From contig DYJD01000002.1 in NCBI GenBank assembly GCA_020723325.1, positions 159,629 to 223,628 on the forward strand: a DNA stretch of 64,000 bases. Reading direction: 5' to 3'. Shown here in pieces: positions 1-9,911 of this stretch (position 1 is the first letter of the stretch; each line of letters starts with the position of its first letter). The notes below the pieces were generated by a model. It saw only the letters and a program-made list of their open reading frames with translations. It had not been told where the DNA came from and did not search any database. This DNA is from Desulfosudis oleivorans (lineage in GTDB: Bacteria; Desulfobacterota; Desulfobacteria; Desulfobacterales; SURF-7). The position numbers were made by a program, and so were the translations under genes.

Positions 1-992
1 TTTTTGATGTCGGCAAAACGCGCCAGATCCGAGGCCGGCACTTGCAGGAAGCGGTGCTTCATGGGCGGCGGCAGGGGCATGAAACCGGCTTCCTTGCTTT
101 CCAGATAAGGCTTGACCGCAGCGCGCAGCAGATTGCGTTTCCAAATCAGTTCCTCCTTGCTGTCGGCGGCAAAGGTGATGTTGATGTGCTGAAACCCCTT
201 GGCCCAGAGGGGCTTGGGAGTCATCCAGGCCGTGATGTCCTCCGCTATTTGCGCACCGGTGATGCGATAGAGAATGTCCGGCACGGTTTCCGGTTTGTCC
301 GCCACAAAAATGAGAATATCCTCGTATTTGTAGCGCGGATACAGCTTGATGGCCAATTTGGTGACAATGCCGGTGGTGCCGGCCCAGCCCAGAAACAGGC
401 CGGCCAGATCCGGCAGCGGCGCCCGGGCGAACCAGGCCGGCGACACTGCGCAGGACCCCAGGCTGGCGATTTCGCCGCTGGGCAGCACCACTTCCAGGCC
501 GTTGAGCATGTCCGAGTGGAAACCGGCGGCGTGGGACAGGTGGCCGGAGCCGTGGATCAGCACGTTGCCGGCAAGGGTGGCCATGGGCGGCGCATCCGGC
601 ATGGAATGCTTCAATCCGGGGTGATGCTTTTTCAGGTGGGCCTGCAGCATGCCCTGGGAGGCGCCGGCTTCCACCAGGGCGTAGCGGCTGATTTCATTCA
701 CTTCCAGGATCCGGTTCATGCGTTTCATGTCCAGGATGATTCCGCCTTTGAGGGCGCGGGTCAATCCGGAGAGCACCAGTCCGGCGCCCATGGGCACCAG
801 GGGGATTTTTTCCATATTGGCCAGCCGGACAATCGCCGCCACCTGGGCGGTGTTTTCCGGCAGCACCACAAAATCCGGCTTGCGCGGCGGCATGGTGCCG
901 GGGTCCATGGCATAGAGATAGCGTTCTTCCGGCTGGTCTGATACATAGTCCGGCCCGACGATTTTAGCCAGTTTGGCTTTGATGGATTCCAT
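1..992 (-). CDS. FAD-binding oxidoreductase (GlcD / D-lactate dehydrogenase-like); 3' end runs off the window
   Basis: Absent from the ORF track because it has no stop in the window. Manual minus-strand translation from ATG 992-990 (GGAGGAA RBS at 1004-998) gives MESIKAKLAKIVGPDYVSDQPEERYLYAMDPG..VVLPENTAQVAAIVRLANMEKIPLVPMGAGLVLSG, an FAD_binding_4/PCMH-type N-terminus. The frame stays open to position 1. The + strand ORF 42..941 is its antisense shadow. Confidence 0.8.
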   Translation of the reverse strand, partial: MESIKAKLAKIVGPDYVSDQPEERYLYAMDPGTMPPRKPDFVVLPENTAQVAAIVRLANMEKIPLVPMGAGLVLSGLTRALKGGIILDMKRMNRILEVNEISRYALVEAGASQGMLQAHLKKHHPGLKHSMPDAPPMATLAGNVLIHGSGHLSHAAGFHSDMLNGLEVVLPSGEIASLGSCAVSPAWFARAPLPDLAGLFLGWAGTTGIVTKLAIKLYPRYKYEDILIFVADKPETVPDILYRITGAQIAEDITAWMTPKPLWAKGFQHINITFAADSKEELIWKRNLLRAAVKPYLESKEAGFMPLPPPMKHRFLQVPASDLARFADIK

Positions 993-1004
993 GTGCCTTC
1001 CTCC

Positions 1005-2027
1005 TTATTTCCGTTCCAGGGCCTGCTGGCACAGATCACTCACCAGAATGGGGAAAAGCCCTTTTTCCGCCACGGCCTCTCCCAGGGTGAACATGCAAAA
1101 CGGGCAGTTGAAGACCGCGTATACAGCCCCGGCCGCCCGCATGTCTTCAATATTGCGCCGCTGCAGGTCATCGGCCAGATCATCCTTCTGATGCCCGCGC
1201 AAAACGCCGCCGCAACAAAGGGCGTTCTCCCGGTCATATTCCCGCACCGCCCGCTCCACACCGATCTTGCGAAAAATCTCATCCAGGAGCAGGTCGGTGT
1301 GGGGCGCCAAACGGTTGGAGCATGGCCGCTGGTAGGCCACTTTGGCGCCAAGGGGTTTGATGTTGTCTTTGAGTTCGTCCAGGCGGCGGTTCAAATATTC
1401 GAACAAATGCACCGGGCGGAACGGCACCGCCATATTGAAAGCCGCCGCCAATTGGGTGTAGGCGCCGTAGCATTCGTCATGGAAGCAGACCATTTCCTTA
1501 AGGCCGCTTTCCGCCAGAAAAAAGGTGTGCAGGCGCTCAATGCTCTGGGGGACGCGCTCCCGAATCAGCGAGTTTTTGCCGAAATGCAGCCACATGATGT
1601 TGCAAAAAATATCATTGCCGGAAACCGTGGCAGCACCCTCGAACAATTTGCCCCGGATGGAGCCGGCCAGCATGGGAAAGGCGCACAGGTTGACAAGGGG
1701 CGCACTGACTTTGGCAGGCTGCAGATTGCCCTTGGGCTGCATCATGACGATCTGCTGCCGGGTGATGGGCGCCGGGGCCGGCAAAAAGTCTTTCTTTTCC
1801 TGGAGTTCGACAATCTGATAGAAAGGATGGTTGCCGTTGGGGCAGTATTCCTCGCAGGCATAGCAGGTGACGCAATCGGCCAATACCCGGGTGTCCGCCT
1901 GTTCCAGGATGCGGTTTTTCTCTTCCCTGGCCGTCTTCAGATCAAAATGCATGTACTGACAGCGCGTCAGGCAGTCCACGCTTGAGCAGTTCTCGCAGAT
2001 ATGCGGGTCATATTGTAATGGATACAT
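1005..2027 (-). CDS. (Fe-S)-binding protein with 4Fe-4S and CCG cysteine-rich domains (GlcF/HdrD-like partner of the FAD oxidase)
   Basis: ORF 1005..2084. Likely start is MYPLQYD at 2027 (GGAGCC upstream). Motifs: CENCSSVDCLTRC and CVTCYACEEYCP (ferredoxin-type), plus CCGG and NCPFC (CCG domains). Its stop lies 12 nt upstream of the downstream FAD oxidase start. Confidence 0.8.
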   Translation of the reverse strand: MYPLQYDPHICENCSSVDCLTRCQYMHFDLKTAREEKNRILEQADTRVLADCVTCYACEEYCPNGNHPFYQIVELQEKKDFLPAPAPITRQQIVMMQPKGNLQPAKVSAPLVNLCAFPMLAGSIRGKLFEGAATVSGNDIFCNIMWLHFGKNSLIRERVPQSIERLHTFFLAESGLKEMVCFHDECYGAYTQLAAAFNMAVPFRPVHLFEYLNRRLDELKDNIKPLGAKVAYQRPCSNRLAPHTDLLLDEIFRKIGVERAVREYDRENALCCGGVLRGHQKDDLADDLQRRNIEDMRAAGAVYAVFNCPFCMFTLGEAVAEKGLFPILVSDLCQQALERK

Positions 2028-2101
2028 GTTCCCAAGGCTCCTTTCTATTCGCCCGTGCGATGCAAGGCGGCACAATTGTATCATCCAAGCGGGTTCAGCT
2101 C

Positions 2102-2443
2102 CTAATGGGCCACATTCACAGTATAAAGTGGTTTCAGGAAGTTTATATTGCGTTTCATCCTGGTCGCAAAATCATCAAATTCCAACGACGATGTGACCTT
2201 TGGAATCAGGACGATCTCCGCCATGACTGTGATGATCCAGGTAACAACCGGCCCCCAGAAACAGACAGCTCGTTCACGACCGATAAAAATGGAAAAGACT
2301 TGAATCAAGCAATAAAAGGGAAACGCAACCACAAGCCCCATCATGATGCGAAACCGATTTTTCATGCAGACTCCAATTGCTGGTATGGTGAAATTCCATG
2401 CCTCTGTTTCAGACAGATTCATTATTTTAGATGAATTTGTCAA
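2102..2443 (-). CDS. hypothetical small membrane protein
   Basis: 113-aa ORF in an AT-rich pocket. It has two or three hydrophobic helices (MMGLVVAFPFYCLIQVFSIFI, VVTWIITVMAEIVLIP) and no recognisable family motif. Confidence 0.4.
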   Translation of the reverse strand: MTNSSKIMNLSETEAWNFTIPAIGVCMKNRFRIMMGLVVAFPFYCLIQVFSIFIGRERAVCFWGPVVTWIITVMAEIVLIPKVTSSLEFDDFATRMKRNINFLKPLYTVNVAH

Positions 2444-2565
2444 TATTTTATTCCTCTTTTTTGATTATTTCACATATGCGTTGAAATATGATAATCAGCT
2501 TTTGGAATTTCATGAAAATCAATTTAATTTGCATTGAAATAAAATCGATTTCAAAGGGGGCATTC

Positions 2566-4740
2566 ATGGTATCAAAAAGCAATCCGCACGCAACCGGAAC
2601 AAAAGCGCAATGGGTAACGAGCGTACGCTCGATTTTTCCCTCCATGGAGTCGTTGGCTGATTTTGAAAAAGATAATCCCGGAATGCTCGAGCTTTTCCTT
2701 CCGTTGCTCAAAAAGCGCGGGATCATTGCGAGCAACACCAAAGCGGACCTGGAAACAGTCCTTCAACCCCTTTCCGTGCCCAAGAACGGAAACGACGATC
2801 CCGGCGCGCACAGCTTTGAAGATTTCCTCCAAAACAACATCGGGCTTTCCCTCCATGAGCTGGCCAGCCGCCTCAATCAGTTGATCGAGCAATTCCAATT
2901 GCAGCCGCTTTTCAACCATAAGAAAATCGGGACCGCCATGTTTTCGCGACTCAAATCCATGCCGGCGGATACGACCGTGAAACGAAATTATCTGCGCATC
3001 CTTGCCTTTTATATGGGCTGGCACCAAGGGGAGCCGGGTTTGAAATTTCATTATGAAAAACTGCTGGATTTATGCGCATCCGGACCTGTTGAAAAAGGCT
3101 CCCATGGGATAAGGATCGGTTTCAGCATCGATGTCATCGATATCAATGCTTTTAATCTGCTCCGCAAAACGCTCAAAACCTGCCTGGACCGAACCCCCTC
3201 CCTGGGCAAGCTCAAGATCATTACCTTGCATCTGGAGTCCATGTTCGCTGTCTATATCGATATTCCCAACGCCCTCACCAGTGACCGCATTTCCGATGTA
3301 AGCCCTTACCGGGCAGGCATCCGGGATGCGGTTGCCCTTGCCCATCAGCTCCTGATCAAATGGCAGCTCTCCCCCAGAAAGCACTTTACCCAGCCCAACC
3401 TGACCATCGGCATCATGGCCGGTAAATTTTCAGAACTTACCCATTTGCGCCAATTATTAAGTTCCAAACATCAAACCGACTATCCGCAAATCAAGCTCAC
3501 CAAGTTCACCAAAAAATGCTTGAATGAAAACAATGTGCGTGCCACCCTCAGCAGAATCCCGGACATCATTCAGATTCCCAATGAACTTCCCATCTATATC
3601 TGGACCGTGGAAGGGGTCTGGAGCTGGATCTACCTCCAATTCCCCCATGACCTGATACAAAAGCCCGAGGATGAAGCCCTGGAATCCATTTGTCTCCCCA
3701 ATCAATACCGCCCTGCCAAAGTCAACAGCACCTTTAAAACCGCTGTCCAACGTTTTTACCAAAACACCCAAAATGCCTTGCTGGGTATGGAGCTCGCCAA
3801 AGCGTTTTATTACCGTAAAGATTATGCCGAAGCCCTGGAGGTGCTCAATACCATTTTGCGGGAGGACCCCCAGCAGTTGAACGCCTTGACATTGAAAATG
3901 ACCATTCTGTTCACCCTGGCGGCTTCCGCCGATGATCCGGAAAGATCGGAGTTGCAGTTCGAAAGAGCCGAAGATATTGCCATGCGCATCCTGCAGATGG
4001 AATTCTGCCATGAAGAAGATGCTTTTACGGAAATCGGTATGGGCCGTCTGGGCAGGGCTGTGGTTTTCCTGCGCCGCTGCCGGCATGTCGCCCTGGAAAG
4101 CACCCAGGGGCGGAAGATCGTTACGGAAGAGCAGAAGCAGTTGCTGATCGGCTTGATCCGCCGGGCGGAAAAAGCATTCATTAGAGGCACCAATTCCGCC
4201 AATACCGGCCATCGCTCCCTGTACTATCTTCTGCTCACGCGGCTCCTGCTGGAACTCCTGCGCTCGGAAAAATACCGGTTCACTTCGGCAGGCATTCAAC
4301 TTGAGGACCCCTTGCTTTTTCAAACAACGGCTCTGCGCCTGTTCCAGGACTTCGGCTGGCTGCCGGACCCTGTTCCCGGAAACGGTTTCAGCAGCATTGA
4401 AAAACCGTTGATGGACGCCATTCATTCCTTTGGCGATTCAGTGCAGTTGCAGTCCTATAAAGCCAATACCTTTATCGTTTTTTCCTTTTTACTGCATGAC
4501 TTTGAACTCAACCTACAACCGACGCCGGAAAATCAAGCGCGCATAACTGCCTGGCTTGCGCAAGCGGCAACCTGGGCCGAAAAAAACAAGCTGGATGGGC
4601 TCTACATTTACACGGATACGCGACGTTGGTACGGCGAGTTGCTTACCTACGATGAATTCAAGCAGCATTTGAATATGCTTATGAATATTGTTCGCGACCA
4701 AAAAAATCAAAAACTACTATTGGCCGGCCTGTTCAACTGA
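2566..4740 (+). CDS. large hypothetical protein with C-terminal TPR-like/helical repeat region
   Basis: ORF 2488..4740. Preferred start is ATG 2566 after AAAGGGGG. It contains a TPR-like stretch (AKAFYYRKDYAEALEVLNTILREDPQQLNALTLKM). I recognise no catalytic motif. Confidence 0.6.
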   Translation: MVSKSNPHATGTKAQWVTSVRSIFPSMESLADFEKDNPGMLELFLPLLKKRGIIASNTKADLETVLQPLSVPKNGNDDPGAHSFEDFLQNNIGLSLHELASRLNQLIEQFQLQPLFNHKKIGTAMFSRLKSMPADTTVKRNYLRILAFYMGWHQGEPGLKFHYEKLLDLCASGPVEKGSHGIRIGFSIDVIDINAFNLLRKTLKTCLDRTPSLGKLKIITLHLESMFAVYIDIPNALTSDRISDVSPYRAGIRDAVALAHQLLIKWQLSPRKHFTQPNLTIGIMAGKFSELTHLRQLLSSKHQTDYPQIKLTKFTKKCLNENNVRATLSRIPDIIQIPNELPIYIWTVEGVWSWIYLQFPHDLIQKPEDEALESICLPNQYRPAKVNSTFKTAVQRFYQNTQNALLGMELAKAFYYRKDYAEALEVLNTILREDPQQLNALTLKMTILFTLAASADDPERSELQFERAEDIAMRILQMEFCHEEDAFTEIGMGRLGRAVVFLRRCRHVALESTQGRKIVTEEQKQLLIGLIRRAEKAFIRGTNSANTGHRSLYYLLLTRLLLELLRSEKYRFTSAGIQLEDPLLFQTTALRLFQDFGWLPDPVPGNGFSSIEKPLMDAIHSFGDSVQLQSYKANTFIVFSFLLHDFELNLQPTPENQARITAWLAQAATWAEKNKLDGLYIYTDTRRWYGELLTYDEFKQHLNMLMNIVRDQKNQKLLLAGLFN

Positions 4741-4768
4741 CCTTTTTCGATACCGATTAAGAAAGGTC
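4739..4768. terminator. putative bidirectional hairpin between convergent genes
   Basis: GACCTTT (4739-4745) pairs with AAAGGTC (4762-4768) and is followed by TTTATT. It sits between the stop at 4740 (+) and the stop at 4773 (-). Confidence 0.45.
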
Positions 4769-4772
4769 TTTA

Positions 4773-6926
4773 TTAAACGCGATTACCCAGGGGTGACTTA
4801 AGGGTCTCCTGAATCTTGGCGGCAAACTCCCCGACCTTGATGGGTTTTAACAGAAAATCCCGGATGCCGAATTCAAGGGCCTTTTCCCTGGTGATGCTTT
4901 CACTGTTGCCGGTGCACAACAGGATGGGCACATCCGGCCGCACTTGCAGCAATTTTTGCGCCAGGTCGACACCGCTCATTTGGGGCATGGTCATGTCGGT
5001 GATGACCAAATCAAATCCCTCCGGGTCCGAGCAAAAGATGTTGAGGGCCTGATCCGGATTGGTGATTGTAACCGCCTGGTAGCCCAACCGGCTAAGCATG
5101 GCTTCACCGAATTCCGCCAACATTTCTTCGTCGTCCACGAACAGAATCCGCTGGTTTTTTCCCAACAGCAAGGGCTGGGGGGCCAGTTTTTGTGTTTCCA
5201 CGGGCGGTTCCATTACGGGAAGAAAAATGGAAAAGCAGGTCCCTTGACCGGGTCTGCTCTCAACCGTGATCAGACCGTTATAACTTTGGACAAGGCCGTG
5301 AACCACGGATAATCCCAAACCGGTTCCCACACCTTTTTGCTTGGTGGAAAAATACGGCTCAAAAATACGCTCCAGCACTTCCGGCGGCATGCCCGCACCG
5401 GAATCGGCGATGGTGAGTTTGGCCCATGACCCGTTGGTCAGCTCGGGCACAGGGGCTGTTTGCCCAGGGGGAATATCCAGTCCTTCAAGAAGGATTTCGA
5501 TGAGGCCGCCGTCGGACCCCATGGCCTGGTGGGCGTTGGTGAGCAGATTCATCAGGATCTGATGGATGTGTACCGGATCCGCCAGCACCCATAGAGGCAC
5601 GGGCGTCATATCCCGCCGGATTTCCACATGGCCGGGTAAAGATCCTTTCAACAATTCCATGATTTCAGCGATGACGACCTGAAGGCAGACCGGTTGATGT
5701 TCCGCCCTGATCTCACGACTGACCAGGAGGATATGACGGATCAGCTCCTTGGCCCGCAAGCAGGCGGCAACGATGCTGTTCAGGCTTTGCTTTTCGGCTT
5801 TATCGGCGGCCATGTCCAGGCTCAGCAACTCCGCATGGCCCATGATGGCCGACAGGATATTGTTGAAGTCATGGGCGATGCCGCCGGCCATGGTGCCGAT
5901 GGCTTCCATGCGCTGGGACTGGCGCAATTTCATTTCCATCTGTTTTTGCCCGGTCAGGTCTATCAAAACCGCCACTCCGCCGATCATCCGGCCCTGATCA
6001 TTAATAATGCCCGCGGCTGAAAAGGAAACCGGTTTTTTCTGGCTTTTTTTATCTATAAGACAGATTTCGGCGTTGATGATTTTTTCGCCTTTTTGAATAC
6101 GCGTGATGAAATCCCGGGCCATGTGTTTATCGGATTCAGGCAGCAAATAGTTTGCAGCCACCTCCCCCAGGCTTTTTCCCAGAAAATCGATTTCCGTTTT
6201 TCCGACCCAGTCAAGAAAGACAGGGTTGATATAATGGAATTGCACCTTTTCATCGAATAACAAAATGCCGCTGGGAAGGCTGGCCAGGCTGCTCTGCAAA
6301 AAGGCCTTGGCAGCAGCAGTTGCTTCTTCCGCCCGGCGCCGTTCTTGAATATCATGTTGCGCTTTTTTCAAGGCGCGCTGATTGATGGAGAAAAAACTGT
6401 AAGAGGTCAAGCCGACAATCAGCATGGCAGTCAAATTATCCGCCCAATAATCCATGACTGCCACCCTGGATAATCCCAGCCTGTATCCATATAAAAACAT
6501 GAAACCGGTCAGAATTGCCGCATTGGCTGTAAAATAAACGATGAGGGCCCGCTTGCCGGTGGTCACCAAGGGAGTCACGCTCAGCACGGCAAAGATAAAA
6601 ACAATGGTGTCCAGTCTGATTAAAGGATCGCTGTGATCAAAAAAAATGACCAGCCAGGCTGCAATCGTACCGATGATGAGGATCAAGTTGCCTGAAATGG
6701 CGAAATGTCCTTTGACCAGCAGCCACAAGGCAAAGACGATGACCAGGGTCGCAATGATAGTCGGCGCCAGAACACCCGGCGCCGTGGTTTCCGTATAAAT
6801 AATCGTGTAGCCGATGGCCATGGGCAGGATGATCAGCATCGCCAGCCCGAGAAGGAGCACGACCCGTGCTTTCTGCTGCAGGATGAAATCCGCTTGATCA
6901 TATTTTTTGAGAAGGCGGTTCAGCAT
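4773..6926 (-). CDS. hybrid sensor histidine kinase/response regulator (multi-TM N-terminus, PAS, HisKA, HATPase_c, REC)
   Basis: 717 aa. About six N-terminal TM helices. H-box [21 protein letters not shown]. ATPase G-boxes DSGAGMPPEV and GVGTGLGLSVVHG. C-terminal receiver ILFVDDEE..DLVITDMTMPQMSG..LCTG. Confidence 0.9.
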   Translation of the reverse strand: MLNRLLKKYDQADFILQQKARVVLLLGLAMLIILPMAIGYTIIYTETTAPGVLAPTIIATLVIVFALWLLVKGHFAISGNLILIIGTIAAWLVIFFDHSDPLIRLDTIVFIFAVLSVTPLVTTGKRALIVYFTANAAILTGFMFLYGYRLGLSRVAVMDYWADNLTAMLIVGLTSYSFFSINQRALKKAQHDIQERRRAEEATAAAKAFLQSSLASLPSGILLFDEKVQFHYINPVFLDWVGKTEIDFLGKSLGEVAANYLLPESDKHMARDFITRIQKGEKIINAEICLIDKKSQKKPVSFSAAGIINDQGRMIGGVAVLIDLTGQKQMEMKLRQSQRMEAIGTMAGGIAHDFNNILSAIMGHAELLSLDMAADKAEKQSLNSIVAACLRAKELIRHILLVSREIRAEHQPVCLQVVIAEIMELLKGSLPGHVEIRRDMTPVPLWVLADPVHIHQILMNLLTNAHQAMGSDGGLIEILLEGLDIPPGQTAPVPELTNGSWAKLTIADSGAGMPPEVLERIFEPYFSTKQKGVGTGLGLSVVHGLVQSYNGLITVESRPGQGTCFSIFLPVMEPPVETQKLAPQPLLLGKNQRILFVDDEEMLAEFGEAMLSRLGYQAVTITNPDQALNIFCSDPEGFDLVITDMTMPQMSGVDLAQKLLQVRPDVPILLCTGNSESITREKALEFGIRDFLLKPIKVGEFAAKIQETLKSPLGNRV

Positions 6927-7051
6927 ATCTTAATATCTTAGAATTTTTTAATATATCCAATATTTTTCAGAATTTGTAAAGCATTTTTAGACAAATGACT
7001 TCAGACGGTGAGCAAGAGTGGGATAAAACGTATCGTAACAACTCAAGTAGA

Positions 7052-7079
7052 CAGAATCCAGGAGTCAGAATTCAGAATA
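7052..7079 (+). repeat. heptamer tandem array (CAGAATC CAGGAGT CAGAATT CAGAATA)
   Basis: Four phase-exact 7-mers read directly. A degenerate REP copy (AGGAGCGGCTTCCAGCAGAGATGC) follows at 7132-7155. Confidence 0.7.
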
Positions 7080-7194
7080 GCATGGGAATAAGCCTCGGGC
7101 AATTTACCGATTTTCGGTCAACCTCCATAGCAGGAGCGGCTTCCAGCAGAGATGCAGTAGGGCATAGCTCACAACTTTTCTTGTACTTGGATGT

Positions 7195-8007
7195 TTATGC
7201 ATTTGCTTCCGGCTCCTGAGTAGTCACGGTATATTTGCGTCCGCAAGCCATGATATGCGATGCCCCACCTCCTTCCAGGATGGCGCGCCGGGCACCAGGT
7301 ACATCCGTAATTTTCGTTGCCCCCACTGCATGAACTCCTCGCCTGAAAACCGGGTCCGGCAACCAGCCGGCCGACGGCCCCACCACACCGATGAAACACG
7401 CGGCTTTTGCAATCTCAATGACCTGATCAAAATCCGCAACGGCGGCGGATGAGCCTGTAATGATCAGTACTTCCGCATCCGCAAGATCTGCCAAATTTCT
7501 GCTGATAATGTGACCATTAGTTTGAATGCCGGCGGATAAGGCGGGATTGTCGTCAACAACTACCAGGGAAGGAGTCTTTCTCAGAAAAAAGGAAATAAAA
7601 GGTCCGATACTTCCCACCATCCCGACCTTTACAGGCATATCCAAAAAGGGCAAAATCTGTAAAAACTCCCTATCGGCAAAGCAGTAATGATTCGATTCAT
7701 GGTCCATGATGACCTGTGAAAGGGCATTGACGGCGGCGATTCCCACACTTTTTTCAAGGGGATGCGGGGAAAGCATCAATTCCGTTAATTCCAGGATATG
7801 TTTTTGCACCAAAGTCCCGGCTTTGGCGTAATGGGTGCAGGAGGCGCTTGCGGATCTGGACGTAAAGCAAACTCCCATGGTTTCATTGTCCAGTTCTACA
7901 AATGTATAGCCCAAGGATATGGCCGCCATGCGAATCCCCGGCAGATGTTCCAGTGCGGCCGAGCGCTTTTGCACTTCCTCTACAATTTCTTCACTCAAGG
8001 TGGGCAT
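7195..8007 (-). CDS. DUF364/DUF4213-type Rossmann-like protein (putative metal/cofactor chelation family)
   Basis: 270 aa. N-terminal GYTFVELDNETMGVCFT and central VGMVGSIGPF..VVVDDNP..AEVLIITGSS match my recollection of the DUF4213+DUF364 architecture. Confidence 0.65.
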   Translation of the reverse strand: MPTLSEEIVEEVQKRSAALEHLPGIRMAAISLGYTFVELDNETMGVCFTSRSASASCTHYAKAGTLVQKHILELTELMLSPHPLEKSVGIAAVNALSQVIMDHESNHYCFADREFLQILPFLDMPVKVGMVGSIGPFISFFLRKTPSLVVVDDNPALSAGIQTNGHIISRNLADLADAEVLIITGSSAAVADFDQVIEIAKAACFIGVVGPSAGWLPDPVFRRGVHAVGATKITDVPGARRAILEGGGASHIMACGRKYTVTTQEPEANA

Positions 8008-8052
8008 TTCGATCTCCCGGAGTTGCCGGTCTACAACTACCCATAGGAATAA

Positions 8053-9486
8053 CTATAGGCTTTTTCCAAACTCGCTTGCAAAAGCTTGCAGGGCTGAATA
8101 ATTGCCGGTGGCTATAAAAAGGGACAAGTCCTTCCCATCCACATCGCCATCGCCGTCCTGGTCTGCTGAAAAAGCCGTGTCTGGAAATTCAAATGCGCCG
8201 ATGTCCACAGCACCGTCCACCGGCCTTGACTCAGCGGAACCGGTGATTTCCAGACAACGCAGCGGGGGATGCATGCCTGGAGGGAATAAGGGCGCCGGGA
8301 AAGGATAGGCCGGCAGATCTGGCGGCGAAGCTGTGCCTGCATCCAGCAGCGGGCTGTTGCTTGCCGGACGCAGGTCCAGTGCCGCCGCATTCATGAAGCC
8401 CGGGTTCGCGCCGACGATGGTTCCGGTCCATTGGGCCGGCACATTCAAACTGCCGGCCTGGACCCAGTTGTGGCTGCCGGCAATGAGTTCGCCGGCGGAA
8501 GTCCATTTTGCATCCACTTTACGCAGAATGTTCACTATGCCGCCCGGACGAAAAAAAACATTATTGCTCATGCGAATGCTTTCAATGCCGTCAAATAACC
8601 GGAATACCGCCGAACTGGAGCAGATGAAAGTATTGTTCACAAAGCGATACCGGCCGTAGGTTTCACCGGTCCCGTCGCCGCCCACACGGACCACGGCAAA
8701 ATCCCGGGTTTTGACAAACACGTTGCCCACAATATCCGAATCCTCCCTGGCAAGATTGGGATTGCCGCCGTCCCCTTCATCCGGCCCTATGGCTTCAAGC
8801 TCGTGATAGTACGCCCCCTCGATCCAATTATAATATATCTCGTTACGTTCCGCCCTGGTTTTCACATTGTTCCCGCCGATACCATCGTGCACATAACAAT
8901 GCTGCATGCGAAAAACACTGCCCGGATAATGCACTTCATCCGTGGCCATATAGATTTGATGCCTTTGGGTGCCCTGTCCACAATTATATACTTCCACGTA
9001 TTCCATTAGTAACGACCCGGAGCCCTGATCCGCACCCAGGATTCCTTGGGCCGGGCAGTCATGCACCACGATATCGCGCAAGGTGAGATCATCCGCCTGA
9101 TGAAAAATTCCCCGGGACAGGCCCCCTGTGATTTCAAAGCCCTCCATCACATAATGGTCTCCACCGGGTCCGGAGTAGGGCCAATCCGTCATAAAATGCA
9201 CGGTATTGGTTCCGCCGGAAATCACCGGGCGCTTGCCGTTCCGTCGGATGCCCCGTATGGTGATTTTCTGTTCAGGGGTGCCCGGCCGGGTAAAGACCAC
9301 ATCCCCCGGATAAACAGCAGCGCCTTCCACCTCCACAATATCCCCGGGCAATAGCAGGCCGGCCACAGCCTGGAGATTCGGATAAATCTTACCTGGCCCG
9401 ACCGAATAAACAGCGGCGTGAGTCGTCCCTGTCGATAAGCAAATCAACAAAGACCAGATAGTCAAAAACCATAAACAAGCAACCAT
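8053..9486 (-). CDS. secreted right-handed parallel beta-helix protein with C-terminal dockerin/EF-hand-like Ca-binding segment
   Basis: ORF 8053..9606. Start chosen at MVACLWFLTIWSLLICLSTGTTHA (signal peptide, ATG 9486); 9537 is an alternative. It carries beta-helix style repeats and a C-terminal DQDGDGDVDGKDLSLFI. Confidence 0.7.
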   Translation of the reverse strand: MVACLWFLTIWSLLICLSTGTTHAAVYSVGPGKIYPNLQAVAGLLLPGDIVEVEGAAVYPGDVVFTRPGTPEQKITIRGIRRNGKRPVISGGTNTVHFMTDWPYSGPGGDHYVMEGFEITGGLSRGIFHQADDLTLRDIVVHDCPAQGILGADQGSGSLLMEYVEVYNCGQGTQRHQIYMATDEVHYPGSVFRMQHCYVHDGIGGNNVKTRAERNEIYYNWIEGAYYHELEAIGPDEGDGGNPNLAREDSDIVGNVFVKTRDFAVVRVGGDGTGETYGRYRFVNNTFICSSSAVFRLFDGIESIRMSNNVFFRPGGIVNILRKVDAKWTSAGELIAGSHNWVQAGSLNVPAQWTGTIVGANPGFMNAAALDLRPASNSPLLDAGTASPPDLPAYPFPAPLFPPGMHPPLRCLEITGSAESRPVDGAVDIGAFEFPDTAFSADQDGDGDVDGKDLSLFIATGNYSALQAFASEFGKSL

Positions 9487-9911
9487 TTCCCTGCCGGCTT
9501 TTAAATATTTTTGTTGGATAAAGATCATTTTTCGCATCCTGTTTTGGTTAAGGCAGTCAAAGCAAATCAAGCCCGTCAAAATCGATAGCAATTGCCATGC
9601 CAGCAAAAAGCATGCGCCTTAGAAGGATTTGTTCCACAGCTATCATCTTTTCAACCTTGAACGGTTACAGGGCGTTCATTTCCATCCCCAAAATTGCACA
9701 CACCCGCCTTAACGGTTGTTTGATCATCCCAAAGCGCCGGGAAGAATCTCATATTCCGTGATATTGGAATTACCGGCTTGAATCCGCCGTGATTGACATT
9801 TCCATTCGATTCTTTTAAAAGGCTCTAATGTGAAACAACCGTTATTTATGGACAAGGTAATCCTTTTTCCGGGGAGCGGCGGCCATCGAAATCATACCTT
9901 CTTTCAAACAA

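Noticed and set aside
42-941. 299-aa + strand ORF (MQEAVLHGRRQGHETGF...)
   Set aside because: It is an antisense shadow of the minus-strand FAD-oxidase gene. Its composition is Gly/Arg/His/Ala-rich and low-complexity, with no RBS or motif, whereas the opposite strand carries a clear FAD_binding_4 signature.
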